Origin: Hemiscyllium ocellatum
Lineage: Eukaryota
Assembly (NCBI RefSeq): GCF_020745735.1
Contig: NC_083408.1
Span: 10,478,484-10,542,483, forward strand
Reading direction: 5' to 3'
DNA length: 64,000 nt
The number at the start of each line of letters is the position of its first letter. Within the stretch, counting starts at the first letter, position 1. Below the pieces are notes generated by a model. That model was given only the letters and a program-made list of their open reading frames with translations, was not told the origin of the DNA and did not search any database. Made by a program: the position numbers and the translations under genes. This document shows positions 24,640 to 37,400 of the stretch, in pieces.

Positions 24640-27600
24640 ACTGAGCCGTGTCACACCTCAATGTTAAACACTGAGTTTTCGAAGCGTGGATAGTATGTCC
24701 AATATCACAATGATGCATATAAGTCGATGCCCTCTTCTATGTTATATGTGGAAGGTACATATTTTTAGTAGATACAGGGGCAACATACTCAGTCCTTAAA
24801 TTAAGTCAGTTTAGACATCGACACAAATAAAGATGAGTGGAAGGTTCCGGAGCACAATGGGTGCATCAGGAGTCATGTCGCAGGAGAGATTTTCTGCACC
24901 TCTACTATGCAAAACTAGTAACAGGGAAACATTCCAATTCTTGTTATCGGAATTTTGTCCTTGAAATGCGATGGGTCGGGATCTCATAGAAAGGCTGGGG
25001 TTGGATTTGGTCAGTACTCCGACGGGCTTGCAGGAATTCAAAGCAAGACTGCAGACTGTAAAATATGACCCACGACCGCTGATGTTGTCTATCAGTGGCG
25101 ATTAATCCAGAGAGCCAATAAGTTCAGTGAGCGATTCACTCGCCCTGGAAGCAAGCAGCCATGTTAATTCTAATAACACCGATTTTCTTGCTGGAGACAT
25201 GCTGCACTGCACAGCACACATACACCGTGATGGCAGTGACGAACCATGTGAGAAGGCTTGGTTTAGGAGATTGGTTAAACCAGATCAGTTGTTTTATTGT
25301 GTGAATTTTATTGGAGTGATCACAGATGTGTAATCAGAGTGAACTTACCTGAAGTATCTGTGACGGCAAATAGACCCTATCTTTTTGGTGTGGAAGGCTC
25401 TGCTCTCACGTGTCACTGGCGAAGGTCTCCAGTAACAGGTGGCAGGATTTGGGACCATGGGTGCTTAAGGCACAAAGAAGGAAAGGTTGGGTCTCCAGGG
25501 ACGATGTGGGTATCTGGTTCAATGCAGATACGTGGACATACGAGAAGGAACTGAATTTACTAACTCAGGCAGATATGACAGTCCAGAAAACCCCCGCTAG
25601 CCCAGAAAATCCTCGGAGGATAGCCTAGCCTTTCCCTAAGATAGAAGTCTCGGACCAAAATTAGAAATGGTCCCTACTGAGTTGTGGATAAAGGGCAAAC
25701 ATGATGTGGGGCTCATACGGGGCTGTGAGCCCATAAAGATAAACCTGAAGTTTGAGTATCGTCCTTGCAGACCTCAATAACCGTTAAAATCTGAAACTAT
25801 AAGAGGAATTACTGCAGTCTTTGAATCCCTCCTAAAGGCTAGAGTGATAATCCCCTGTGAAAACTCACCGGTGAAAACCCCCATTTTCCAGTCAAAAAGG
25901 CAAACATTCCCGGTGAACCGGAGGAATGGAGATTTGTTCAAGACCTGCCGGCGGAAATAACGCTGTTGTTCCACGTGCCCCGAATGTTCCCAACCCCTAT
26001 ACTATATTGGCTCAAATTCCACCGGACAGGAAATTGTTCTCTGTTGTAGACTGAGCAAATGCCTTCTTTACTATACCGGTGCACACAGAGAGTCAATTCT
26101 GTTTGTTTTTTTTCATTCAAAGGGAAATCATATACCTTCACGCGAGATTACTGTGAGTCCCCCACCATATATAATGGGGCTCTGTGCAGGATCGGGAGTC
26201 TCTTGTACAACCCAGGGGTCAGTTCTTTTGCAGTATGCAGATCATTAATTCACTGTGGCACCAACAAATGAACAATGTGAGAAGGAGACCCTTGCGTTGC
26301 TCTGCCATCTAGTGCGGGAAGGGCACAAAGCCAGTCTCGCAAAGCTACAATTTGTGCAACAACAGGTGAGGTTCTTAGGTAACCTAATATCTGAATAAGG
26401 GAAGACCATTTGTCAAGACAGAGTTCAAGCACTCTTGCAAATTCCAAAGCCTCACACGAAGAGATAATTGCTATCGTTTTTGGGCATGTGCTCCTACTGA
26501 AGAATGTTTAACGCACATTACGCAACCTTTCAGGCTCCCCTAAGTGACGTAGCCCATGGCAAAGGGTTGCAGAACCAGAGTCGATTACAGTGGATCCAGA
26601 GGCCGAGAGTGCCTTTGTTGAATTAATAAGGGCGCTGGAAACTACACCTACGGAGGGGATTCCGAACCCAAACAAGTCTTTTGTACAATGGGTAGATGTG
26701 AAACGTGGCTGCATGACATCTGCCCTGTAGCAGGATCATGGGGGAAGATTGAAGCTGGCAGTATATTTTTCAGCTAAACTAGACACTGTAGCAGCAGGAT
26801 TGCCTAAATAACAATGAGCTGTGGCTACAGCTGAAAAGGCTGTTGTGGCATCCAGGGATATAGTCGGCATTACTGCTTTCCAAGCAAAGGACCACACACA
26901 AGTCAGCAGTACATTGGCTCCGATACAATACTGTGCTATTGGAGATGCCTAACATTACAATAAAGCGACGTAACGTCCTTAACCCTGCTAGAGTTCTCCC
27001 CATAGAAGGCGATGGAGACCCACACGACTGTGTTGCTGTAACTAATGAAATTTGCAGCCGTCGACCAGATTTGCAGGATTCACCATTTCAGAATCCAGAT
27101 ATGGAATTTTCTGTGGATGGGTCAGAATTCACGAGCAAGGAGACAGGCGAGAATTGTGTTGGGTATGCTGCAGTGACTACCTAAGAGGTAGTCAAAGTGA
27201 GATCACTCCCTTCTCATCTGTCAGCGCCAGCAGCGGAGCTGATTGCCTTGACTGAGGCCTATAAATTGGCTGAGGGAAGGACAGTGAATATTTACACCGA
27301 TAGCAGATATGCCTTTGGGGTTGTACATGATTTTGGAACCTTGTGGAAACACAGGGGCTTCTTGACCTCCACCGGAAAGGCCATCACACAACGTGACCTG
27401 ATTTCTGACTTCCTGAAAGCGGTCCTATTACCTAAATCAATTGTTGCATGTATGTGTGAAGCCCACACAAAAAAAATTAATGGTCTTATTTTCAAGGCAA
27501 TGCAAGGGCAGACTCAGCAGCAAAAACAACAGCTCAGCAGCCGCCATGTGAGCAGATTGACATGTGTATGATACAAATTTGTACCCCAACAGCAGATGTA

Positions 27601-28670
27601 CGGGATTTACAGTCACAGGCCACACCAGAAGAAAAGCGTGAGTGGACGAAAGCAGGATGCAGTGTGAGGGAAGGAGCATGGTGTGGTCGCACTGGTAAAC
27701 CCTGTCTACCACCATCATTATTTCAATTCTATGCCAAACCGACACACGGTAAAGACCACTTGTCAAACGGGTGGACGGACGACAGTAGTTTGGCACACTG
27801 ATACACGAAGGCATTTACTCATTAATCCCAGAAACGTTGCGAGCGTTGTGTTATCTGTGCCACTAATAATGTGGGGAGGGAAATACAGATGAGTCAGGTA
27901 GCACACCCCCAACCCCAAAATCATTTTGAATATTTACAGATGGATTTTATTGAACTAACGCCCATCGAAGGGAAAAGGTACTGTCTGTTAATAGTTGATA
28001 TGTTTTCCAAATGGATGGAAGCGTTTCCCACGACTCAACAGGATGCCAGTGCAGTAGCCAAGGCTCTGCTAACTGAGATAATTCCGAGACGGGGCATCCC
28101 TGAAAGGATCAGTAGCCACAATGGGACACCATTTGTCAATAATGCCTTACAGCAGATCTGTGATTAGTTAGGAATAAACATGGGACAACAGTGTGCCGAC
28201 CACTCCGTGAGCAGTGGGGCAGTGGAAAGAGAAAATGCTACCCTAAAAAATTAATTGACACAATGTTGTAAAGAACTAGGGGTGACATGGATAAAGGCAC
28301 TCCCGATTGTGCTAATGTATATGAGATCGAGGAGGAGAGGAAGAGCTAATCTTAGACCATTTGAGATTTTGTTTGAGAGGCCGCCCAATACAGGAATTGC
28401 CCCAAGACCGAAGGGAAGACAGATAACAGGCCACTATGAGGATCTGATGTTCTGTTACTGTATAAAACTCGCTCTACTTTTGTCTCAAACATAGAATCAA
28501 GTGAAAGCAGCAGTACCCCAACTAGCAGAAGGGAAGCTGCATGATCTAGAATCTGGAGACTGGATCGTGCAGAAATAATTCAGAAGGAAAAACTGGGAGG
28601 CGAAGAGGTGGCTGGGACTGTTTCAAATGCTCCTCACAACACAAACAACAGTTAAGATCGCCGATGTATA
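24640..28670 (+). pseudogene. pol: ERV pro-pol (protease, RT, RNase H, integrase), decayed
   Basis: FLVDTGATYS (DTG 24771-24779); TPIFPVKK, WRFVQDL, FSVVD*ANAFF, LQYADH* (YxDD site, 26234-26245); RNase H VDGS..AELIAL..NIYTDSRYAFG; integrase LQMDF..VDMFSKW.EAFPT..GIPERISSHNG..GAVER; ends about 28670. Confidence 0.92.
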
Positions 28671-28874
28671 GCTATCTCACTCTGTTTTTTTTTAAAATCG
28701 GGCTCTTTTTTTTGTCCTTGTCGTCATAAAATGACAAAAAGGGGATGTACTGGAAAATTAACAAAATTAACATTTACTGTGAAATCTGAAAGATTTGGTA
28801 AATCTAACTCTGCTAAAACTAACAATTTGCTAACATTTGAAGTAGAGAATCTGACTTTGCTGGATTCTGCAAGC

Positions 28875-28910
28875 ATTCCTGATGAAGGGCTCTGGCCCGA
28901 AACGTCGAAT
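28875..28910 (+). ncRNA. Minimal type I hammerhead ribozyme (family A)
   Basis: ATTC-CTGATGA-A-GGGC(TCTG)GCCC-GAAAC-GTC-GAAT, all stems Watson-Crick. Confidence 0.8.
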
Positions 28911-28968
28911 TTCCTGTTCCTTGGATGCTGCCTGACCTGCTGTGCTTTAACCAGCAACACATTTTCAG
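28876..28968 (+). mobile_element. 93-bp Penelope-derived mini-insertion consisting of hammerhead plus 3' tail
   Basis: Flanked by CTGGATT(C/A)TGCAAGCA at 28860-28875 and 28969-28984; body nearly identical to 3532-3624. Confidence 0.85.
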
Positions 28969-30619
28969 CTGGATTATGCAAGCAGACAACTTGGCCTTGC
29001 AGGGTTTGCAAAACTGTCAAATTCAGCAAGAGTCAGTGAAAACATAAACTTCGTGTCAACAGCCGAATGCTCCCAGTTCTTGTCCTTGAACATTTGATAA
29101 GGATAAGTGAAATGTATAAAAGAAATATGTGGAAGTTATTCATCCCCTTCCATGCAGCATTTTGCCTAGTGTATTCACTCCTGTAGAGGTTATAATAAAG
29201 CTTTTTCTTTGCTATTGCTACGATTTGAGACGAGTCAATTTAATTTCCACAGCAGTAAGTATTCCACATTATTGCACCAATATAAACATTAGGAATAAGT
29301 CGCAGATACCACGGCCATTTGACATCATGCTGCTGCAACAAATTATCCTGACACAGCACTATGCCTGGAATAATTGATCTCACCAACAATACTACAATCT
29401 CTCAGTGCCACAGGATCGCAGTGGCTTTAGGCAGCAAGATACAACCCAACAATCTTATGATAGCAAATTAAACATTGTTGATAATCAGACTTGGGCGGAA
29501 CTGTCAGGTTTCAAATGTTAAACAAGTAGATTTTGTGGACCATATTAAAGAGGATATGCAGCTGGGAAAGTGGAGATGTTTAGTGAATGAGGCAATAATT
29601 TTAACTGAGCTCAAGAGAAAGCATGTTTTTCTTTAAATCTGATACCATGTGGAATTATCTTTGTCAGCCATTGTTGTGGGATATTTACACTCCTCTTCTT
29701 CTAACTCAACTTTCTGAAATTGTCTCTTAAATGACCCTTGATTGTAATTGAGTTGAGAAAATCTATAGCACCATCTTCATTGACCTGCTCTGATAATAGC
29801 TTAATAAACTGAACTTTCTTGTCCATACATGTTTTCCACTTACATCTCTATTCTAGTTGCTTCTTGTGAATCCAGTGTTTCTGAGGAACAAATTATTCTC
29901 CCCAAATGGGGGACTCTGGAAGTATCCTCCATATTTTAATTATATTATATTGGCTGTTCTTTATTACAGGGTTTATCTCTTTTTTTTATGTCGTGACATG
30001 GTAATTGATAGCTCTACAGTCCTGTGACCACACTTTCATATCTATGGAGCATTAAATAGTTACGAATAGTCACTTTGGTATTTTGTCCATTCCTCAGAAG
30101 AACTCAGACATCCCATCCAGACTGAGCATATGTATTAATTTACCACTGTATAAAACAAATTGGTTTGAATGACGTTAAGTGAACCTGCTCGTTCAGTGAT
30201 TGTAGTTAATGCCAGTCTCCATGCCTCAAATTAATTCACTAACAGGTTTACTTCCTATTAATAAGGGACTATTACAATGTTATCACACAGTATCAGTAGG
30301 AACTTCACCTTCAGCACTAACCAGGATCAACAGTTCAAGAGTGAGGGAGTGAAGAGATCAGAGTCTGAGAACAATGCACTGGAGTGTTCCGACAATGACC
30401 CAGAATATGAGAACAATAGACTGGTACGTTACAATACTGACCAGGGGTTTATATTTGGGTCTTTACAATCTTCCTCAAGATTGGGTGGATCTTAATTGTG
30501 CTTTGCTGATTCAAACTGGTTTCTATCCTATCCTCACTCTTATTCCTGGTAAGTCGTTCTATCTGACTATGAATTCAATAAACCTCGTTGAACTAACTTA
30601 CTGTCCTCACAATTTAAAT

Positions 30620-33600
30620 ACTGAAAAAAGGAAACTATTGCCATGACTTCTATCCACAAACTCCATTCCTTACCAAACAATTTTAGTGGCAATATGTGAA
30701 GTGGAATCAAACTGCTTATAACTCCAACAAGCACTTTTGCTCTAAGCTGATATCTATTTCCATATTCTCTACAGCACCAATCCTGTTCACTAGCAACTCC
30801 GCAATATCTCAAGTCTTCCCTTTTGTCTCTATCTAGCTGCTGAATAAACCATCATCTGCACCCTCGGTACATCCAGATTCAACTCTTCCTATTCTCTTCC
30901 AGCCACAAATAATTTGACCAGAAATGTTAAGTGTTCTCCCTGAAAGGTGCTGACTTCAGGAGAGTCAGTGGTATTTTGATAATATCGGTACACTTGCAAT
31001 TAGAGCCCCAGGCTATTACTGTGTATTCAAATACCCCCACTTCACCACCACTTCCTCCACCCCCCCCCCCCGCCTCCCCGAACAGCTGGAGGTTTTTGTA
31101 TTCAATTACAGTCAGTAATGGCAACAGCCCATTGTTGTAGAAATTCTGGTTCATTCATGCCCTTTTAGGGAAGGACAGCTACCATCCTTTCCAAATCTCA
31201 CATCATGATTCTAGATTCGGACAAATGTCTCTGCCTCTTTGTTGTCCACTAGAATCACCAAACAAACCATCCAATTCAGGGCTGAGAATTATGGAATCAA
31301 CGATACGAAGAGGCCTGTCGAGTCTTGTATATTTTTTGTGAATGTTGTGTGTATTTCTGATCACCATACTACCAGAAAGATGTGGAGACTTTGGTTTCCT
31401 GGATGTTGGCTGGTTTGGAACGTATTGGCAATGAGGAGAGATTGGACAAACTTGTGTTTTCACTTTAACATTGATGAATGAGGGAGTGACTTGAAAGAAG
31501 TTGAAAAAATTCTGAGAGGCATGGACAGAATGGATAGTCAGAGCTTTTTCCAAGGATGCTAAACTCAACTAAAAGGGGACATAGTTTTAAGGTAAGAAGG
31601 AAACGTTTAACGGAGATGTGAGACAGCTTTTGCACGCAGATGTTGAGAAGTGCCTGAAATGTGCTTCCTAAGGTAATTGTGGAGGTGGATGCAATAGCAA
31701 TTTCTTAAAAGTAGGGAATCAAGTGATATGGACTATGAAAAGATAGGAAGGTTTTTCATTTGGAAATGCATCAAGTGTCAGTGCAGTATTAGTGGGCTGA
31801 AGGGCCTGTACCTGTGCTGTGCTGTTCTTTATTCTTTCTTCTGTCTTTCCTCTATATCTGTTTAAAAGTGTTGCGTCACCTCCTTGGGACACTGTGCAGT
31901 AAGCTGTAAGTGCTGAATGCAAGTTCCTATGCAACTCTTTGGAGCGGCTGAATGGTGTATTCCTGTGCCTCAGTAACAGCCTTGAGGAATTCAGTCAGAG
32001 ACGTGTTGTGTGGCATTAACAGGAGGTAGGAGCACCAGTTGGCAATTTGATCCCTGCTCCACCATTCAGAAAGATCAAAGCTGATCTGACTGTGGCTGAA
32101 CTCCCTGTCCATTTCTGAACCCAATAAACATGGGCTTCCTTGACCATCAAGGAGCTACTGAGGTGAGCCTTGAATATCCTCACTGCTCCCTGCAGATGAG
32201 AATGCCACAGATAGAATACCCCTCAGGACAAAGGAACATCCTCATCTCAATCTAAAATTGGAGGACACTTACATTTAAAGTGATTGTCCTTGCACGATAT
32301 CACCTTATATTTGTGACATGATGCACAACAAATAAGAACAGATGTAGACCATTCAACTCCCTCAAACCTGACCCACATAAGCACTGGCTCTCTAGTTGAT
32401 CAAATATCTATCAAATTCAGCCGTCACTGCTCTTTGGGCAACACATTATCAGATACATCCTTATCTCAGTCTGAAATGCAAGAGGCCACATTTTCTAACA
32501 TTCTCCAGTTCCCCTCGTTCTTCACACTCGCACGTGGGGAGCCATGGTCTTAGCATCCACCCTGTCAAGTCCTCTCAGAGTCAGATATGTCTCAATATGA
32601 TCATGTCTGTTTCTGGTGAACTTCAAAGGTTATACATTCAAACTGCACAACATTCCCACATAGGATGAACTCGTCATCCCAAGAATCAGCTGAGTGAAAT
32701 GTGTCCATACACCGTCTCATGTAATTAAATTCTTTCTGAGGTAAGGAGATTTAAAAAGCCTCATACAGTCCTCCAGCTGTGATCTCAGTAAAACTGGGAA
32801 CAGCTGCAGCAACGCTTCCTTCATGGGTGACTCCTTGCAAGAAACACTAGATTTGTGACAAGAGCCAGAGGGCACTTGTTTTCTTTTATCTGAAATAAGG
32901 CAACTTTGATTGGTTACAGAGATAAAGAGATTTTTCTCCTTTTCTCAGAGCGCTGTGAGACATAGAATTACTAAATAGAATCCTTCCAGTACAGAAGATG
33001 CCATGTTGCTCCTCAATTCTGTACTGACCCAAGGCCCAATATCGCCACCCTATCCCTGCATTTCACAGATCTAATCCAAATAACCTGCACAATCCTGGCC
33101 ACTCTGAGGCAAATGTACCATGGCCAATCATCTAACCTGCACATTTTTGGACTGGGCTACAGAGCGGAAACCCATTCAGACACAGGAAAATGTGCAAACT
33201 CCACACAGACTGGTGACCCAGACTGGAATCAAGACCATGTCCCTGGCACCGTGAGGCAGCAGTACTAACTATTAAAGTACTGTAACCTTACCTCCAAATT
33301 AATGTATAATTTGCTTGCTTGCCTTCTTCACAGTTAATGTAGTAATGATCATCATGCTGCTTGATAAAGATTGTGGATTGTCTCCATGTGATATCCGTAA
33401 CCTGGTGGCCATGGTAGTGGCAGGTCGACTGGTCATTCTCCTCAACCTGATATTGAAACGAATTTTGGTTGTTTATTGAGAATACGACAGTTTCCTGTGG
33501 GGCATCCCCATGTATAATATTTATGCTGTACTGCTTTATATCGGTCAGATGATCTGTCTGGTTTGCCATCACTTTCACTTTCGATTGATTTGTGGCCATT

Positions 33601-33710
33601 TGTTGCCAGAAGCAGAAAATTAAATATTGCATTTAGAAGACTGTTCTGGGAACAGCGGCTGTGCTGAGCTGTTTAAAGAACATCTTCTGGTATTTTATGT
33701 TCCCAGCTCG
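30620..33710. repeat. Tandem segmental duplication, copy 1
   Basis: Collinear with 34310-37400 (e.g. GCCATGACTTCTATCCACAAA vs GCCATGAATTCTGTCCACAAA; both carry the poly-C tract, DeuSINE, CR1 and HE1 pieces in the same order); offset about 3.7 kb. Confidence 0.9.
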
Positions 33711-33734
33711 GTATTGGCTGGATAATGCCTCCCT

Positions 33735-34305
33735 GACTGATCCCTATCCAACACTGAAATCTCCCCCTCCCTGACGGATCCCTACCTAACACTGCACACA
33801 TCACCTCCTTGACTGATCCCTACCCAACACTGCAATCATTCCCTCCTTGACTGATCCGTACTCAACACTGCAATATCCCCTCCCTAACTGACCCCTAAAC
33901 AGCACTGCAATCTCCCACTCCCTGACTGATCCCTATCCAACACTGCAATCACCCCCTCCCTGACTGATACCTACACAACACTGCACTCACTCCTTCCATG
34001 ACTCATCCCTAACAAACATTGCAATCATCCCCTCCCTGACTGATCCCTAGCCAACACTGCAGTCACCCCGCTCCCTGATTGATCCCTACACAACACTGCA
34101 CTCACCCCCTCCATCACTGATCCCTATCCAACACTGCACTTACCCCCTCCAAGACTGATCCTTACCCAACACTGCAATCAACCCTCCCTGACTGATCCCT
34201 ACCCAACACTACAACCCACCATCCCTGACTGATCCCAACCCAATACTGCAATCACCCCCTCTCTGACTGATCCGTATCCAATACTGCAATCTCTCCCTCC
34301 CTGAC
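33735..34305. repeat. Short array of the 38-bp satellite B
   Basis: CTGACTGATCCCTACCCAACACTGCAATCACCCCCTCC units. Confidence 0.95.
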
Positions 34306-34309
34306 TGAA

Positions 34310-37300
34310 AAAAAAGTGTCGTTGCCATGAATTCTGTCCACAAACACAGTTCCTTACCAAACAATTTTAATGCCAATATCTGAAGTGGAATCAAACTGCT
34401 TATAATTCCCACAAACACTTTTGCTAGAAGCTGATATCTATTTCCATTTTCTTTCCAGCATCAATCCTGTTCACTACCAACTCCACAATATCTCAAGTCT
34501 CCCTTTTTGTCTTAGTCTAGCTGCTGAATAAACCATCATCTGCACCTTCGGTACATTCCGATTCAACTGTTCCCATTCTCTTCCAGCCACAAATAATTTG
34601 ACCAGAATGTTTAGTATGATCTCTGAAATATGTTGACTTCAGGAGAGTCGGTGGGATTGTGATAATATCACTACACATGCAATCAGAGCCCCAGCCTATT
34701 ACTGTGGGTTCAAGTACACCCGCTTCACCACCACCTCCCATCCACCTCCCACCACCGCCCCCCCCCCCCCGCCCCCAAGAACAGCTGGTGGGTTTTGAAT
34801 TCAATTAAAGTCAGGAATAGCAACAACCCATTGTTGTAGAAATTCTGATTCAATCATGCCCTGTTAGGGAAGGATATCTGCCATCCTTTCCAAATGTGAC
34901 ATCATGATTCCGGACACTGACAAATGTCTCTGCATCTTAATTGTCCGCCAGAATCACCAAACATACCATTCAGTTCAGGGCTGAGAATCATGGAAGCAAT
35001 AGGAAGAGGCCTGTTGAGTCTTGTGAACTTTGTGTGAATTTTGTGCATATTTCTGATCACCACACGACCAGAAAGGTGTGGAAGATTTGGTTTACCAGGA
35101 TGCTGGCAGGTTTGGAAGTTATTGGCAATGGGGAGAGACTGGACAAACTTTTGTTTTCACTTGAACACTGATGAATGAGGAGGTGATTTGAAAGAAGTTG
35201 AAAAAATGTTGAGAGGCATGGGCAGAATGGATAGTCAGAGCCTTTTTCCCAGGATAAAAATCTCAAATACAAGGGGACATAGTTTTAAGATAAGATGGGA
35301 AAGTTTAATACAGACGTGAGACAGCTTTTTTTGCACAGATGGTGAGAACTGTCTGGAATGTGCTTCCTAATTTAATGGTGGAGGTGGATACAATAGCAAC
35401 TTCTGGAATAAGTAGGGAATCCAGGGATGTAGACCACGAAAAGATAAAAGGCTTTACATTTGGAAAGGCATCAAGTGCCAGCACAGTCTTGGTGGGCCGA
35501 AGTGCCTCTTTCTGTGCTATGTTGTTCTTTATTCTTTCTTCTCTCTTTCCTCTGTATCTGTTTAAAAGAGTTGCATCACCTCATTGGTACACTGTGCAGT
35601 AAGCTCTTAGCGCTGAATGCAAGCTCCTATGCAACTCTTTGGAGCGGCTGAATGGTGTATTCCTGTGCGTCAGTAAGAGCCTTGAGGAATTCAGTCAGAG
35701 ACGTGTTGTGTGACATTAACAGGAGATAGGAGCACCAGTTGGCCATTCGGTCCCTGCTAACCATTTAGACAGCTCAGAGCTGATGTGACTGTGGCTGAAC
35801 TCTCTGACCATCTCTGTTCCCAATGAACACGAGCTTCCTTGACCATCAAGGAGCTACTGAGCTCAACCTTGAATATCTTCACTGCTCCCTGCAGCTGAGA
35901 ATGCCACAGTTAGCATACCCCTCAGGACAAAGGAGCATCCTAATCTCAATCTAAAATGGGAGCACCCTTACATTTAAAGTGATTCTCCTTGCACCAAATC
36001 ACATCCTATTTGTGGCATGATGCACAACAAATAAGAACAGACGTAGACCATTCAACCCCTCAAACATGACCCACATAGCACTTGCCCTTTAGTTGATCAA
36101 ATATCTATCAAATTCAGCCTTCACTGCTCTCTGGGCAACACATTTTCAGATACATCCTTATCTCAGTCTGAAATAGAACAGGCCACATTTTCAAACATTC
36201 TACACTTCCCCTAGTTCCACACTCCCGAACGTGGGGAACCATCCTCTCAGCATCCAGCCTGTCAAGTCATCTCAGGGTCAGTTATGTCTCAATATGTCCA
36301 TGTCTATTTCTGCAGAACTTCAAATGTTATACATTCAAACTGCGCAACATTACCACATAGGATGAACTCGTCATCCCAGGAATCAACTGAGTGAACCATG
36401 TCTATACACCTTCTCATGTAATTAAATTCTTTCAGAGGTAAGGAGACTTAAAAAAGCCTCATACAGTCCTCCAGCTATGATCTCAGTAAAACTGGGAACA
36501 GCTGCAGCAACGATCCCTTCATGGGTGACTCCTTGCAAGAAACACTAAAATTGAGACAAGAGCTAGAGGACACTTGATTTTTTAAATCTCAAATAAGGCA
36601 ACTTTGATTGGTTACAGAGATGAAGAGATTTTACTCCTTTTCTCAGAGTGCTGTGAGACATAGAATTACAGATTAGAATTCTTACAGTGCTCAAGGTGCC
36701 ACGTTTCCCCTCAAGTCTGCACAGACGTCAGACCCAGCACCCCCACAATATCCCTGCATTTCCCAGAGCTAACCCAAATAACTTGCACAATCCTTGTCAC
36801 TCTGGGGCAAATGCACAATGGCCAATCATCTAACCTGCACATTTTCGGACTGGAGTACTGAGTAGAAACCCATGCAGACAAAGGGAGAAGGTGCAAACTC
36901 CACATAGACTGTTGACTCAGACTGGAATCAAACCCATGTCCCTGCCGCTGTGAGGCAGCAGTACTAATCACTAAGCACTGTAAACTTACCACCAAATTAA
37001 TGTATAATTTGTTTGCTTGCCTTCCTCACAGTTAATACAGTGATGATCTTCATGCTGCTTGATAAAGATTGTGGATTGCCTCCATGTGATACCTGTTACC
37101 TGGTGACCATGGTAGTGGAAGGTCGACTGGTCGTTATCCTCAAACTGATATTGAGACAGATTCGGATTGTTTATTGAGAACACGACAGTCTCCTGTGAAG
37201 CATCCCTATGTGTAATATCTATGCCTTACTGATTTATATTGGTCGGACGGTCTTGTCTGGTTTGCCATCACTTTCACTTTCGATTGGTTTGTGGCCATTT

Positions 37301-37400
37301 GTTGCCAGAAGCTGAATTTAAATATTGCAGTTAGAAAACTGTTCTAGGAATAGCGAATGTGCTGAGCTGCTTAAAGAACATCTTCTGGTATTTTATGCAC
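34310..37400. repeat. Tandem segmental duplication, copy 2
   Basis: Collinear with 30620-33710. Confidence 0.9.

Noticed and set aside
31091-31099. Perfect RSS nonamer GGTTTTTGT
   Set aside because: No CACTGTG-like heptamer at 12 or 22-23 nt spacing; the paralog at about 34790 is not conserved.
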